IMG/VR virus record: IMGVR_UViG_3300027917_000050
Location: 1 to 59,724 of that record
DNA: 59,724 bases
Source of the DNA: a virus
Taxonomy: Duplodnaviria; Caudoviricetes
Direction: 5' to 3' (one strand)
Numbering within the stretch: the stretch's first letter is position 1; each line of letters opens with the position of its first letter. The position numbers and the translations under genes were made by a program. This document shows positions 47,170 through 55,881 of the stretch, piece after piece. The notes below the pieces were generated by a model. It was given only the letters and a program-made list of their open reading frames with translations, was not told the origin of the DNA and searched no databases.

Positions 47170-47451
47170 TTATAACCTTTCTATATATTCTAAAAGTTCT
47201 TTTTCGGGTGCAAACCACTCACCATGAATATTTAGATGGAAAAAGTTTTTATGTAGTTCAGACTCAGACACACCAACATCGATTGACCTAACTGTTTTTA
47301 GTAATAATAACCTTTCTGGGTTTCCAGTTTGCAATAATTTAATCCTATTCTGCACTGCCTCCTCTTGAAGGTGCAAGTGTCTGCGCTCATTCATATTTAC
47401 CTTGCCAATTTTAATTGGTCCGTCATATCCACTTCTTAAAAAATAAATCAT
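47170..47451 (-). CDS. GIY-YIG nuclease-like protein (T5orf172/MUG113)
   Basis: IYFL..IKIG..RIKLLQTGNP...ELH...GEWF. Confidence 0.8.
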   Translation of the reverse strand: MIYFLRSGYDGPIKIGKVNMNERRHLHLQEEAVQNRIKLLQTGNPERLLLLKTVRSIDVGVSESELHKNFFHLNIHGEWFAPEKELLEYIERL

Positions 47452-47557
47452 CAGTTCACCCCTTGGGAACATAAGATGACAATTACGTCTTTCTCTTTAA
47501 AATAAATCTGGATCATCGCCGATTTTGAATCAGTCGTAAAAAAAGTTACCTCTATCA

Positions 47558-48196
47558 TTATTCTGCCTCCTCTTGAGGTTCCAGGTTGCACTTGCATATT
47601 CCGCAGGCCAATTTTGCTTCAGGTTTTGCCCATGCATTCTGGAGGCATTCAGGACAGGAATATTTGATCTTTGATTTCTTCCTGGGTTTTGCAGGCTTTT
47701 TTCCAGGGTCAATTCCTTTACCAACAACACTGCACCATTTCAAACTAAAATCATCGGTACCAAGGAACTGCTTTGTAACAGTCTCAAATCGTCCACCGGG
47801 TATCATATAATGGGACATTGACTGTCCTGTTCGCTTACCACCCTCCTTGCCAGTAGAAGACGGCATGAGGCCTGCCTCCTCCATCCAGGACCCCCATTCT
47901 TTGTTATGGTAGTTGGACCGACTTGGGTTTCCATACTGGAATTGAGCATGATGCATCATCTCATGTACCAGGGTTGAAAGAACTTCTTCAAGAGTCCGGT
48001 CCATATAATCAGGGTTGAATTGAATCTCTGAAGACATAGTGTCTCCCTGACGAGTCACAAAAGAAATAGGACGATAGCATCCTATCATTTTCGATCTTCT
48101 GCCAACTGTAAAGCAGACAGGTTCAAGTCTATCCTGAAAAAGTTTTTGATTATAAAATTTGAATGCCTTCTCAAGACTTTGATAGTCTTCAATCAT
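47558..48196 (-). CDS. SprT-like zinc metalloprotease
   Basis: STLVHEMMHH..YHNKEW..GLMPSSTGKEGGKRTGQSMSHY; C-terminal CPEC..CGIC. Confidence 0.85.
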   Translation of the reverse strand: MIEDYQSLEKAFKFYNQKLFQDRLEPVCFTVGRRSKMIGCYRPISFVTRQGDTMSSEIQFNPDYMDRTLEEVLSTLVHEMMHHAQFQYGNPSRSNYHNKEWGSWMEEAGLMPSSTGKEGGKRTGQSMSHYMIPGGRFETVTKQFLGTDDFSLKWCSVVGKGIDPGKKPAKPRKKSKIKYSCPECLQNAWAKPEAKLACGICKCNLEPQEEAE

Positions 48197-48206
48197 TTTG
48201 ACCTCC

Positions 48207-48638
48207 TTAATCAGTAAAATCTACCTGATTTGGTTCGGGTATAACAATTCCCATGTCCATCGATGCCCATCGGCGGATCATCTCCAGGTACACTTCAAAC
48301 TGCTTTGTGTTTAGTTGGGTAGTTGACATTACAGTTGGAATACCCTTGACATTTTCATATGAAAGAAACTTAACCTTGAGTGCCTCGTGCATCTCCTCTT
48401 TTGAATATCCGATTTCACCAGACAAGATCTTAATGACGACACCCCAGTAATATGCATTCTGCTCTAATGAACGTTGTCTTTCCTTGGTGATCTTTTCAAC
48501 GGTAATAAACACATGGGTCCCATCTCCTATCTTTTCAATCCAACCAAAATATTTTGCCTGGTCTCCAAGATAGGTGTCTCCAAAATTAAACCCATATGGT
48601 TCGGTCTGGTCGATCACTGCGCGAAATCTTGGTTTCAA
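48207..48638 (-). CDS. NinB/YbcN-like recombination accessory protein
   Basis: RSLEQNAYYWG...HEALK...STTQLNTKQF..YLEMI. Confidence 0.75.
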   Translation of the reverse strand: MKPRFRAVIDQTEPYGFNFGDTYLGDQAKYFGWIEKIGDGTHVFITVEKITKERQRSLEQNAYYWGVVIKILSGEIGYSKEEMHEALKVKFLSYENVKGIPTVMSTTQLNTKQFEVYLEMIRRWASMDMGIVIPEPNQVDFTD

Positions 48639-49318
48639 TTCGAATCTCCTATAAATTTAATGGCCCAGTATCCTTCTATCTCATAAGATTTCCCGGTATT
48701 TGCCATTTTTAAATATGTTTTATTTCCATATGAATAAACGAGTCCGGTCCACATCTTTGTTTTATGGTCGTCTGAATCTACATATAGCAAGTAGTTTTCA
48801 GAAGGACAAGTTTTATATCCATAGACGGTAATAACGTGACCAACGTCCCTTCCAGGTATCTTAAGGCCAGCAAGAACAATCCAGTTTGCATCTATCATCC
48901 CCATAATTTCATATTCAAAATTTCCAAATTTGTTTTCTTGAGAAGTGATATTGTTGTACCTGGCAGAATCACAAGGCTTGTTCGAATGATCCATAAAGAA
49001 ATCCCAAACATCATATATACCGTAGGGTTTATTTCCCATCTCTTTTACAAAATAGAGATATGCCAAGTATGCATCCTGTGCAGTTTTTTTTTGAGAAAAC
49101 ATAATTGCATTTGCAAATGCAGCCAACGAACAAGTTTGGTTGTATCCAGGTTCATTTGGTTTATCAATATCTATCGCATATACCCTGTGCCTATTCGAAA
49201 GTGAAATTTGAACGCAGTCGTCAGCATATACTGATTTGATAGCAATAAACGCAAACAGGTAAATTATTGTGAGTATTGCAAGAATCCATCCATTAATTGC
49301 GCGTCTTTTTGAATTCAT
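48635..49318 (-). CDS. Exported papain-like (C39/C1-type) cysteine peptidase
   Basis: Signal peptide ending VYA; QTCSLAAFAN (Cys), GHVITVYGY (His), LYVDSD (Asp). Confidence 0.65.
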   Translation of the reverse strand: MNSKRRAINGWILAILTIIYLFAFIAIKSVYADDCVQISLSNRHRVYAIDIDKPNEPGYNQTCSLAAFANAIMFSQKKTAQDAYLAYLYFVKEMGNKPYGIYDVWDFFMDHSNKPCDSARYNNITSQENKFGNFEYEIMGMIDANWIVLAGLKIPGRDVGHVITVYGYKTCPSENYLLYVDSDDHKTKMWTGLVYSYGNKTYLKMANTGKSYEIEGYWAIKFIGDSN

Positions 49319-49329
49319 ATCGGCCTCCT

Positions 49330-49361
49330 ATTATAACATAGTTTAAAAAAAATCGGTGCAA
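49330..49361 (-). promoter_or_regulatory. TTGCAC-N20-TATAAT promoter, copy 3
   Basis: TTGCAC CGATTTTTTTTAAACTATGT TATAAT. Confidence 0.7.
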
Positions 49362-49678
49362 TTTATTTTTTGATATTTGCCGGACCCAATAGTTTCGATA
49401 ATTTTTTTATCCGGCATCTTGTCAATGTAATTGATAATGAAAAGTCTTATGGAGAACCTTTCGCGGACCCGTCTTAGGACGCTTTTAACTCCGTCAATCG
49501 ACATTCCCAAATTTTGGGAAATTTCGTCAACGGTGCATTCAAAATATTTGTTGGGATTGTAATAGGTATCTTCGTCTCCAAAGGTATCCGAAATCATGTC
49601 ATTATGTCTGCACTTTTCAACAAATGTTGAAACCCAGTCATTTGATGGAAACTCTGGTATAGGTCCAAGTATACTCAT
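49343..49678 (-). CDS. HTH protein (sigma70 region-4-like)
   Basis: Start MSILGP; TVDEISQNLGMSIDGVKSVLRRVRERF. Confidence 0.55.
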   Translation of the reverse strand: MSILGPIPEFPSNDWVSTFVEKCRHNDMISDTFGDEDTYYNPNKYFECTVDEISQNLGMSIDGVKSVLRRVRERFSIRLFIINYIDKMPDKKIIETIGSGKYQKINCTDFF

Positions 49679-49896
49679 TATCGATTCCTCCGTTTCGAGG
49701 CTTTTATCGGATTGACAAAACCCTTTTTCTTTGCCTCGACCTGGGCCGGATTGAAGGGACAACGGACCCGGTGACGGGCTGCTATAGTTTTATGAGGTTC
49801 TGAGTATACAGTGCAGGGCAGGCCCGTTGCCATCCACTCTCCGGCCTTGCTGCATCCCTGGCACATTACCATTTGGGTATACATGAAATCTGTCAT
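49678..49896 (-). CDS. PxxKW-like Cys-rich small protein
   Basis: CQGC...CTVYSEP...CPF...KKGFVNPIKASKR pattern. Confidence 0.5.
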   Translation of the reverse strand: MTDFMYTQMVMCQGCSKAGEWMATGLPCTVYSEPHKTIAARHRVRCPFNPAQVEAKKKGFVNPIKASKRRNR

Positions 49897-50022
49897 TAGA
49901 ATACTCCTTTACATGACTCCAGGATAAACATCCAGAGTCCGAATACTGTTAGTATTATGATGGTCCATTTAAACATTGTATTTCCTCCTTCGCGTGTTGG
50001 ATGCGCGCCCCCCGTTAAGAGT

Positions 50023-50460
50023 TTATTCACATTCCCATTTTACTTCTTCATCGTAGATGACCCTTGGAGTTTTCTTGATAACCGTCTTCTTGCATTGCAT
50101 ATGGTTCAGGTTAATGTCGATGCTATACCGGCCACCAGTATGCTTATCCGTAATTCTGATATACATAAATGCACTGGTATTAAGGTGCTCGACATCAATT
50201 TTTAAGCGTTCGTTTGAAAAGAATGCTTCGTCCAGTAAGATTTTTAACGCCTTGAAGTCAACCTTCTTCTTGTCGGAACCATAGGGTTGGGTAATATCAA
50301 CATAGGAATTTCCATAGCGGACGAGCGCACCAAGTTTTTCAACCTCGTCCTGGATATTCCAAAACTGGCCAATAATGTATTGGGCCTTTGAAAGATCATC
50401 AACGGATTGACGGTTACTTTCGAGTTGCTTTTTCATCAATTCTGAATAGGGTGTTGTCAT
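50023..50460 (-). CDS. Hypothetical early protein
   Basis: GGAGGA SD; downstream of a TTGACA promoter. Confidence 0.55.
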   Translation of the reverse strand: MTTPYSELMKKQLESNRQSVDDLSKAQYIIGQFWNIQDEVEKLGALVRYGNSYVDITQPYGSDKKKVDFKALKILLDEAFFSNERLKIDVEHLNTSAFMYIRITDKHTGGRYSIDINLNHMQCKKTVIKKTPRVIYDEEVKWECE

Positions 50461-50534
50461 GATTTGGGTCCTCCGATTAAAAGTATTAAAATTATAAAGC
50501 AAATTATTATTATAATTCCGTTAAGCATAATTTA

Positions 50535-50563
50535 ATTGTCTCATAGATCAAAAAGAATGTCAA
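50535..50563 (-). promoter_or_regulatory. sigma70 promoter
   Basis: TTGACA-N17-GACAAT with extended TG. Confidence 0.6.
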
Positions 50564-50732
50564 GATATTTTTTTAATTATTTCGAGGTCGTCTACAGTGA
50601 CGGTTTTTCCATTGGTCAAAGTCACCCTCCAGTGCCAGATACATTTGCCCTTGACCCGTTCCTTTAGTTTCTTTTTAACCGACTTTGCAAGTCTCCGGCC
50701 CGACCATTTTCCTCTTGTATAAATATGAATTT

Positions 50733-51056
50733 CTACCATCTTGGATCATTCTCCAACCTGTAAAGGTAGTCCTCAAGAAGTTCTTCTTCCAATGCCTCTT
50801 TGGTTTTTGGCATCAGGCAGATCTCCTCATAGTTGTCGTCGCGGATCACTTCGGTAATATCAAGAGAGGCATCGCAACCCGGTGATGTCCAACTGTCGGG
50901 TTCATATGGTGTGAAGTCAAAGAATACCAGGACCTCAATCAGTTCGTATTCCGGTTCCTGCTCCAGTTCCATCGTTGCGTAGTTTCCACTTCTGAGTCCC
51001 CTGAGGACATACTCCTCGCGTTTTGGATCGATGGTTGGTCTTTTTTTGTTAAGCAT
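50733..51056 (-). CDS. Acidic hypothetical early protein
   Basis: GGAGGA SD; strongly acidic C-terminal half. Confidence 0.55.
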   Translation of the reverse strand: MLNKKRPTIDPKREEYVLRGLRSGNYATMELEQEPEYELIEVLVFFDFTPYEPDSWTSPGCDASLDITEVIRDDNYEEICLMPKTKEALEEELLEDYLYRLENDPRW

Positions 51057-51325
51057 TATTTGTCCTCCATTGGTTCATCGTCTGCGAAAACCATTCCACA
51101 CGCGCGGCATTTTGACCATTCTATGTTGCCAAGTGTTCCGAGAATCATCCGAGAGAAATCTCTGCATGACGGACACCTATCGTATTCGCCTGAGATCCCG
51201 GCCAGGAGGTTGTCCAGTTCATCGTAATCGAATGAACCCCAGACCTCATCGTTGCTGATCGGTTGTGAGCATTTCTCCCAACCATTGCCGTTTTTGGTTC
51301 CATTTAATCCGGTATGATCTCTCAT
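51056..51325 (-). CDS. Zn-ribbon early protein
   Basis: CPSC..LGTLG..W.KCRACG. Confidence 0.55.
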   Translation of the reverse strand: MRDHTGLNGTKNGNGWEKCSQPISNDEVWGSFDYDELDNLLAGISGEYDRCPSCRDFSRMILGTLGNIEWSKCRACGMVFADDEPMEDK

Positions 51326-51540
51326 TATACCCCCCTCGGTTCTTTGTGGTTCCAGATTACAGTAAAAAGTCCATTGTCACATTTTTTAATTGTATATGGG
51401 CAACGATATCCATATGTTTCGGCCCATGCTTTTGCTCTTGCGTAAGTGGTGAAATAGTACATTTTATTCCTCCTCCCTGGCAGTGTCTGTAAAAATTCTT
51501 TGTGAACCGCAGGCCGGACACTCTCCGATAAAATCCTCAT
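51325..51540 (-). CDS. Hypothetical early protein
   Basis: Co-oriented, TAATG coupling; start uncertain. Confidence 0.45.
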   Translation of the reverse strand: MRILSESVRPAVHKEFLQTLPGRRNKMYYFTTYARAKAWAETYGYRCPYTIKKCDNGLFTVIWNHKEPRGV

Positions 51541-51679
51541 TGGTGTGGAGGATTCGGCGGATTACATAACCGGAGTGCAGGATGTTGGTGTAAACAGAGA
51601 ATGTTGCGCCACAGTCATCCTCATGGCAAACCATGTGGCAAACATCGTCCCATTTGATTGCTGTGAATTTGTTCGGCAT
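51464..51679 (-). CDS. Zn-ribbon early protein
   Basis: CHEDDC...CPACGS; AAAGGA SD after an AAC-rich leader. Confidence 0.55.
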   Translation of the reverse strand: MPNKFTAIKWDDVCHMVCHEDDCGATFSVYTNILHSGYVIRRILHTNEDFIGECPACGSQRIFTDTAREEE

Positions 51680-51707
51680 ATTTTTTCCTTTCGTTGTTGT
51701 TTATTGT

Positions 51708-51737
51708 ATCGTACTATACTTATTATCGTCCTGTCAA
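51708..51737 (-). promoter_or_regulatory. sigma70 promoter
   Basis: TTGACA-N18-TACGAT with upstream A-tracts. Confidence 0.5.
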
Positions 51738-51888
51738 CAAAAAACTTTAATCTTTTTTTCGATTTTTTTGAACAACCTTTATAAACTCCAGAATTAATTC
51801 AAGATCTGGATCTAATTTTTTTTTGATTGCTGCCCGAATTAATCTTGCATAATGGATCTGCCAAGCAGTTATCGAACCCTTTCCGAAT

Positions 51889-52299
51889 TCAGGCAATTCC
51901 GACCTCCCACTTCTCGGTTTCTTCATTAAACCAAACCAGTTTCTTTTTCCCGGTCCAGGTCAGTCCGAAACCCCTGATAACGATATTGGTGTCCTTGACC
52001 TCAACGATTTCAATTGCCCGATTGTTCATAAGGTCCATGCCGATAAATTGCGCGGTATTATGGAGAAGTGCCTCAACCAACCATGCATCTGGGCCGGACT
52101 GGTCCAGTGTTAAATCTTCTTCAAGACCCATCTTTGTCCCTTTTCCTCGCGCAATCTTTTCCTCCAATGCAAGCATCCAATTCTTGGTTCGCGAATCGAA
52201 AACGGAATGGCCGATGTCGCGGACAAACCTGGTGACCAGTTTTTCTGGATCAAATACTTTTTTGTCTGGTTCCCCGAAAAGTTGTTTTTGAAGTTGCAT
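51889..52299 (-). CDS. Hypothetical early protein
   Basis: AGGAGG SD. Confidence 0.6.
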   Translation of the reverse strand: MQLQKQLFGEPDKKVFDPEKLVTRFVRDIGHSVFDSRTKNWMLALEEKIARGKGTKMGLEEDLTLDQSGPDAWLVEALLHNTAQFIGMDLMNNRAIEIVEVKDTNIVIRGFGLTWTGKKKLVWFNEETEKWEVGIA

Positions 52300-52310
52300 A
52301 ATTCCTCCTA

Positions 52311-52616
52311 TTAATCGGTGTTGTGTATGATTGATCTTGCCAGGTCCATCCCATATCTCTTGCTATTCAATATCGCCTCTTCCAAGTGGGACCCGGTTGA
52401 TGCCGCAGCGCATCTGATCTTTTCCATCTCCTCTTGTATTGCACTGTCAATGCGCTCAAATTTTACAGATGCCTCATCCCAGATCATGTCCGCGATTTTA
52501 TTTCCAAGGACCCTCTGTGCGTCCGCAACCTGGCCGTGTTCCTTTGCCATTAAAACCTGGATTACCATATGGTGTACCATATCATCAATTTTTGCTCTGT
52601 CGATAACTACTGCCAT
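52311..52616 (-). CDS. Hypothetical early protein
   Basis: GAGGA SD. Confidence 0.55.
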   Translation of the reverse strand: MAVVIDRAKIDDMVHHMVIQVLMAKEHGQVADAQRVLGNKIADMIWDEASVKFERIDSAIQEEMEKIRCAAASTGSHLEEAILNSKRYGMDLARSIIHNTD

Positions 52617-52631
52617 GATTTTTTCCTCCTA

Positions 52632-52856
52632 TTAAACTGTTAGGCCAAATTTGGCGGCATACAAATTGTCGAGTTCAATCGCACGTTGAGTCATCCAGTC
52701 ATTTCTTTCGTATGTTCTGCCCTCGCGATTCTTTTTCCAGTCTGCTTTCATCAGGCGGCCAGATGCTATTCTGTTTTTATTGATAGGTGTAGTAAAAACC
52801 TTAATTGCCAAGAGTTGTCTGACTTTCATTTTTAATTCATCGTGCAATGGTTTCAT
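52632..52856 (-). CDS. Hypothetical early protein
   Basis: AGGAG SD; first gene after the leftward promoter. Confidence 0.55.
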   Translation of the reverse strand: MKPLHDELKMKVRQLLAIKVFTTPINKNRIASGRLMKADWKKNREGRTYERNDWMTQRAIELDNLYAAKFGLTV

Positions 52857-52886
52857 TTTTTTTCTCCTGTTTGATGTTGTATTTTT

Positions 52887-52968
52887 ATTTTCTCATACAA
52901 CAAATATATTGTCAAGAACTTTTTTTATTTTTTTTATCGTTGATATTTTCATGTCGTTTTGCTATTCT
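52887..52968. promoter_or_regulatory. Divergent sigma70 promoter pair at the strand switch
   Basis: Minus: TTGACA-N17-GAAAAT (52915-52887). Plus: TTGATA-N17-TATTCT (52940-52968). Both have extended TG; a T-tract lies between them. Confidence 0.65.
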
Positions 52969-53012
52969 ATAATAGCATATCGGCACAATAAAATCAAACT
53001 TTAGAATTTTTT

Positions 53013-53044
53013 TTGCACCCGTTTTTTTTGAATGGTGATATAAT
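53013..53044 (+). promoter_or_regulatory. TTGCAC-N20-TATAAT promoter, copy 4
   Basis: TTGCAC CCGTTTTTTTTGAATGGTGA TATAAT. Confidence 0.75.
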
Positions 53045-53050
53045 AAGATC

Positions 53051-53203
53051 ATGAAAAAATATTTTATCAGAATTCAGAATATCTTTACCGGACAACGTCA
53101 TTCTGGTGTCGTTACCGGAGAAATTGATCGCATCATGAAGGGTCTTGCTGTAAGCGGATGGATTGTCCAGATCCACTATTCTGTCGATGGAGAAAATTCT
53201 TAA
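53051..53203 (+). CDS. Leaderless-looking micro-ORF (50 aa)
   Basis: Not in the ORF track. MKKYFIRIQNIFTGQRHSGVVTGEIDRIMKGLAVSGWIVQIHYSVDGENS; ATG 6 nt after TATAAT; its TAA abuts the next ATG. Confidence 0.6.
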   Translation: MKKYFIRIQNIFTGQRHSGVVTGEIDRIMKGLAVSGWIVQIHYSVDGENS

Positions 53204-53821
53204 ATGAAATATTCGAACAAAACAGGACTTCCATCAGTATCAGATATAATGAAACCATTTGAAGACACCCGGTGGTTTAAAGAGTCTCATAACACTCGCG
53301 GAAATATTGTACACGGTTGGATCTGCGCGGATCTCATGGGACTATTTGTTCCAGATATTCCCCCGGCATACGAGGGATACATAAATTCCTACATGGAATT
53401 CAAACCTTATATAAAGAAGGTCATCGCAATCGAAAAGAGGTTCACATCAGAGAGAGGATACTGTGGCCAGGTTGACCTGGCGGCCATTGTCGACACATCT
53501 TTCTTAAAGAAACCAATCGGCGATGTGGTTGCGATTGTTGACTGGAAAACATCAAAGGCCGCCTATATTTCCTGGCAGGCCAGGATTGGCGGATACTCAA
53601 TATTGGCAAAAGAAAACGGCATACTGTGTGAGGGGGGCATGACCATCAGACTGAGGGAGGAACCCATAAAGAAAGGGTTCTTCCCTCTGGTCGATTTCTA
53701 TAATGATGCTGAGATCAGAGAGTGCGAAATTGATTTTTTGTGTGCCTTTCGCGTGTACTCAAACATATTAAAAGATGGTGAAATTTTCGCCAGTTATGAA
53801 CCATATGCGGAAGAATATTAA
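53204..53821 (+). CDS. PD-(D/E)xK exonuclease (RecE/Cas4-like)
   Basis: PSVSDI..RGNIVH..IEKR...YCGQVDL...IVDWKTS; upstream of recT. Confidence 0.8.
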   Translation: MKYSNKTGLPSVSDIMKPFEDTRWFKESHNTRGNIVHGWICADLMGLFVPDIPPAYEGYINSYMEFKPYIKKVIAIEKRFTSERGYCGQVDLAAIVDTSFLKKPIGDVVAIVDWKTSKAAYISWQARIGGYSILAKENGILCEGGMTIRLREEPIKKGFFPLVDFYNDAEIRECEIDFLCAFRVYSNILKDGEIFASYEPYAEEY

Positions 53822-54293
53822 AAATAAAAGATTTGGAAGATTAACTGCTTTGTTTAGGGCAGGATACAATTTAAACAAGCGACCAGTTTGGATATGTATG
53901 TGTGATTGTTTTAATTTTAAAGCAGTAAGAAAGTCAGATTTAATAAGCGGAAGAACCAGTTCGTGTGGGTGTTTACATAAAGAGATCGTACGAAACAACA
54001 ATAAAATATATAAATCAAAACATGGAATGTCAAACACAAAAGAATGGTTGGCATGGCACAATATGAGACAAAGGTGTCAAAACAAAAACTATAAAAATTT
54101 CCATCGGTGGGGAGGTCGCGGAATCCGTGTCTGTGAAAAATGGGACAATAGTTTTGAAGAATTTTTAAATGATGTTGGAATTTCTCCAGGCCCAGAATAT
54201 TCTATTGATAGAATAGATAATAATGGAAATTATGAACCAGGAAATGTTAGGTGGGCAACTGCCTTAGAACAACAAAATAATAGGAGTAAATAA
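53775..54293 (+). CDS. Free-standing HNH homing endonuclease
   Basis: RFGRLT..WICMCDC..SCGC..HGMS..WGGRGIRVC..SIDRIDNNGNYEPGNVRWAT..Q.NNR. Confidence 0.9.
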   Translation: MVKFSPVMNHMRKNIKNKRFGRLTALFRAGYNLNKRPVWICMCDCFNFKAVRKSDLISGRTSSCGCLHKEIVRNNNKIYKSKHGMSNTKEWLAWHNMRQRCQNKNYKNFHRWGGRGIRVCEKWDNSFEEFLNDVGISPGPEYSIDRIDNNGNYEPGNVRWATALEQQNNRSK

Positions 54294-54294
54294 A

Positions 54295-55881
54295 ATGACA
54301 GAAGAAAATCAAAACCCAGAAGAAACAAAAAATCTCCCGGCACCAGTTAAACCCTTCATCCCCATTAAGAATGGTCAACTGGTTCCGCAGGATGCCGCAG
54401 GTTTATTCTACCTGGCAAGCATGATGTCAAAGACATCGATGGTTCCAGACCAGTATCGCGGAGATCCACACTCGACCTTTGTCGCTATTCAACTCGGCAT
54501 GGAGGTTGGTTTAAGGCCAATGCAGGCACTTCAGAACATTGCGGTGATCAAAGGCAAACCGACAATCTATGCTGACGGTATCACAGGACTCCTGCATGGT
54601 TCCGGCAAGTGCGAATTTATCAACGAATGGTTTGAGGTAAAAGGTGAAAGGTACGATACATCTGACCTGCCACTCGACCTGTCAGAGTGGCCCGATGGAC
54701 TCAAGGCAGTATCCGAAATAAAGCGTCATGGTTCCGCACAGCAATTGTACCGTGGGACATTCTCTGTTTCTGATGCCAAACGCATGGGAACCTGGAACTC
54801 AAAGGAAGTCTGGAAGAAACACCCGGCCAGGATGCTGATGTGGCGCGCTCGGACCTATGCTGCCAGGGACGGTTTCTCGGATGTCCTCAAGGGACTCGGT
54901 GTCTTTGAGGAGGTTGTCGACTATGATGCCGACCTTGAAAACCAGAACGGTCACTATGGTGTGCCGGAAGAAGTTGTCAAACCTGTCGAGGGTGATGTTA
55001 TCGAACCAGAAACAGAAAAAGATATCTCTCAATTTGAAGAGATGTGCATCGATAATAAAATAGACCATAAGGTTGCCCTGGAATACTGCAAACACATCCA
55101 TGATATAACTGGCGCACCGATACTAACTATCACGATCAAGGCAACTCAGAATCCTGCCGGGTTTGTCGAGAAGTTCAAGAAGTGGGTAGACCCGACAGAT
55201 GATGGTGATCCAATGGGAATCGATGAACCTGAGTTGCCACCGGAAGTCGAAAACCAAACCGGGAATCTTGACGAAAGTCCATTCCAAGATCCGCCTGCAC
55301 CAGAGATAGGCCAAGACGGTTTCTCTGCTGATATAGATCCCGACAAAAAGGCAGAGGTCGAGGCGCGCACCGCAGATAGAGGTGATGGTGTTATGAACAC
55401 TTCCTCTGGCCATCCCAAGAAGGTCGACCAATCTGCGGAGGGTGAGGGGGGCCATAGAGATGCAAGGCCCGATGAAACATCGGCACCTGCGGACCACCCC
55501 CCTGCACCCAAATCAACAATTAAGAAATGGATTGGACTAAGAGGTGTTGACTTCAAGGACTATGTCCCGGCGAATCCAGAGGACTTCGAAGGAATCCCGA
55601 TTGCAGAGTACAAACGTGCTCGTGAAAAATGGGATCAGATTGTAAAGCCCAGATACGAAATATCCTGGCCATTGGGTTCAGCCGAAAAAGAATCTGCGAT
55701 AGAATTTCCGAACCAGAATGTTAAACAGAGATTCGCTGAGATCAAAAAGGAACATCCAGAAGAAGTCCAGAAAAGCCTTGATAAATTTAGAATGGCAAAG
55801 GGTGGATTATCTGAAGACGCAATGGAACTCGTAATCAAAGACGTACTTGAAGTGTTCGGCGGAGAGGTAATCCAGAAATGA
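54295..55881 (+). CDS. recT: RecT-family ssDNA annealing protein with a long C-terminal extension
   Basis: MVPDQYRGDP...GMEVGLRPMQALQNIAVIKGKP...WKKHPARMLMWRA...RDGFSDVLKG. Confidence 0.85.
   Translation: MTEENQNPEETKNLPAPVKPFIPIKNGQLVPQDAAGLFYLASMMSKTSMVPDQYRGDPHSTFVAIQLGMEVGLRPMQALQNIAVIKGKPTIYADGITGLLHGSGKCEFINEWFEVKGERYDTSDLPLDLSEWPDGLKAVSEIKRHGSAQQLYRGTFSVSDAKRMGTWNSKEVWKKHPARMLMWRARTYAARDGFSDVLKGLGVFEEVVDYDADLENQNGHYGVPEEVVKPVEGDVIEPETEKDISQFEEMCIDNKIDHKVALEYCKHIHDITGAPILTITIKATQNPAGFVEKFKKWVDPTDDGDPMGIDEPELPPEVENQTGNLDESPFQDPPAPEIGQDGFSADIDPDKKAEVEARTADRGDGVMNTSSGHPKKVDQSAEGEGGHRDARPDETSAPADHPPAPKSTIKKWIGLRGVDFKDYVPANPEDFEGIPIAEYKRAREKWDQIVKPRYEISWPLGSAEKESAIEFPNQNVKQRFAEIKKEHPEEVQKSLDKFRMAKGGLSEDAMELVIKDVLEVFGGEVIQK

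Noticed and set aside
47182-47213. Possible fifth TTGCAC-N20 site (TTGCAC CCG...TATATA) upstream of the initiator gene
   Set aside because: It lies inside a coding region, has an A-tract instead of a T-tract, lacks the extended TG, and the -10 lacks the final T.
27058-51714. Shared 12-mer attgtatcgtac in two intergenic regions (27058 and 51703)
   Set aside because: Many 12-mer matches are expected by chance in 60 kb; only two copies and no consistent spacing to other elements.
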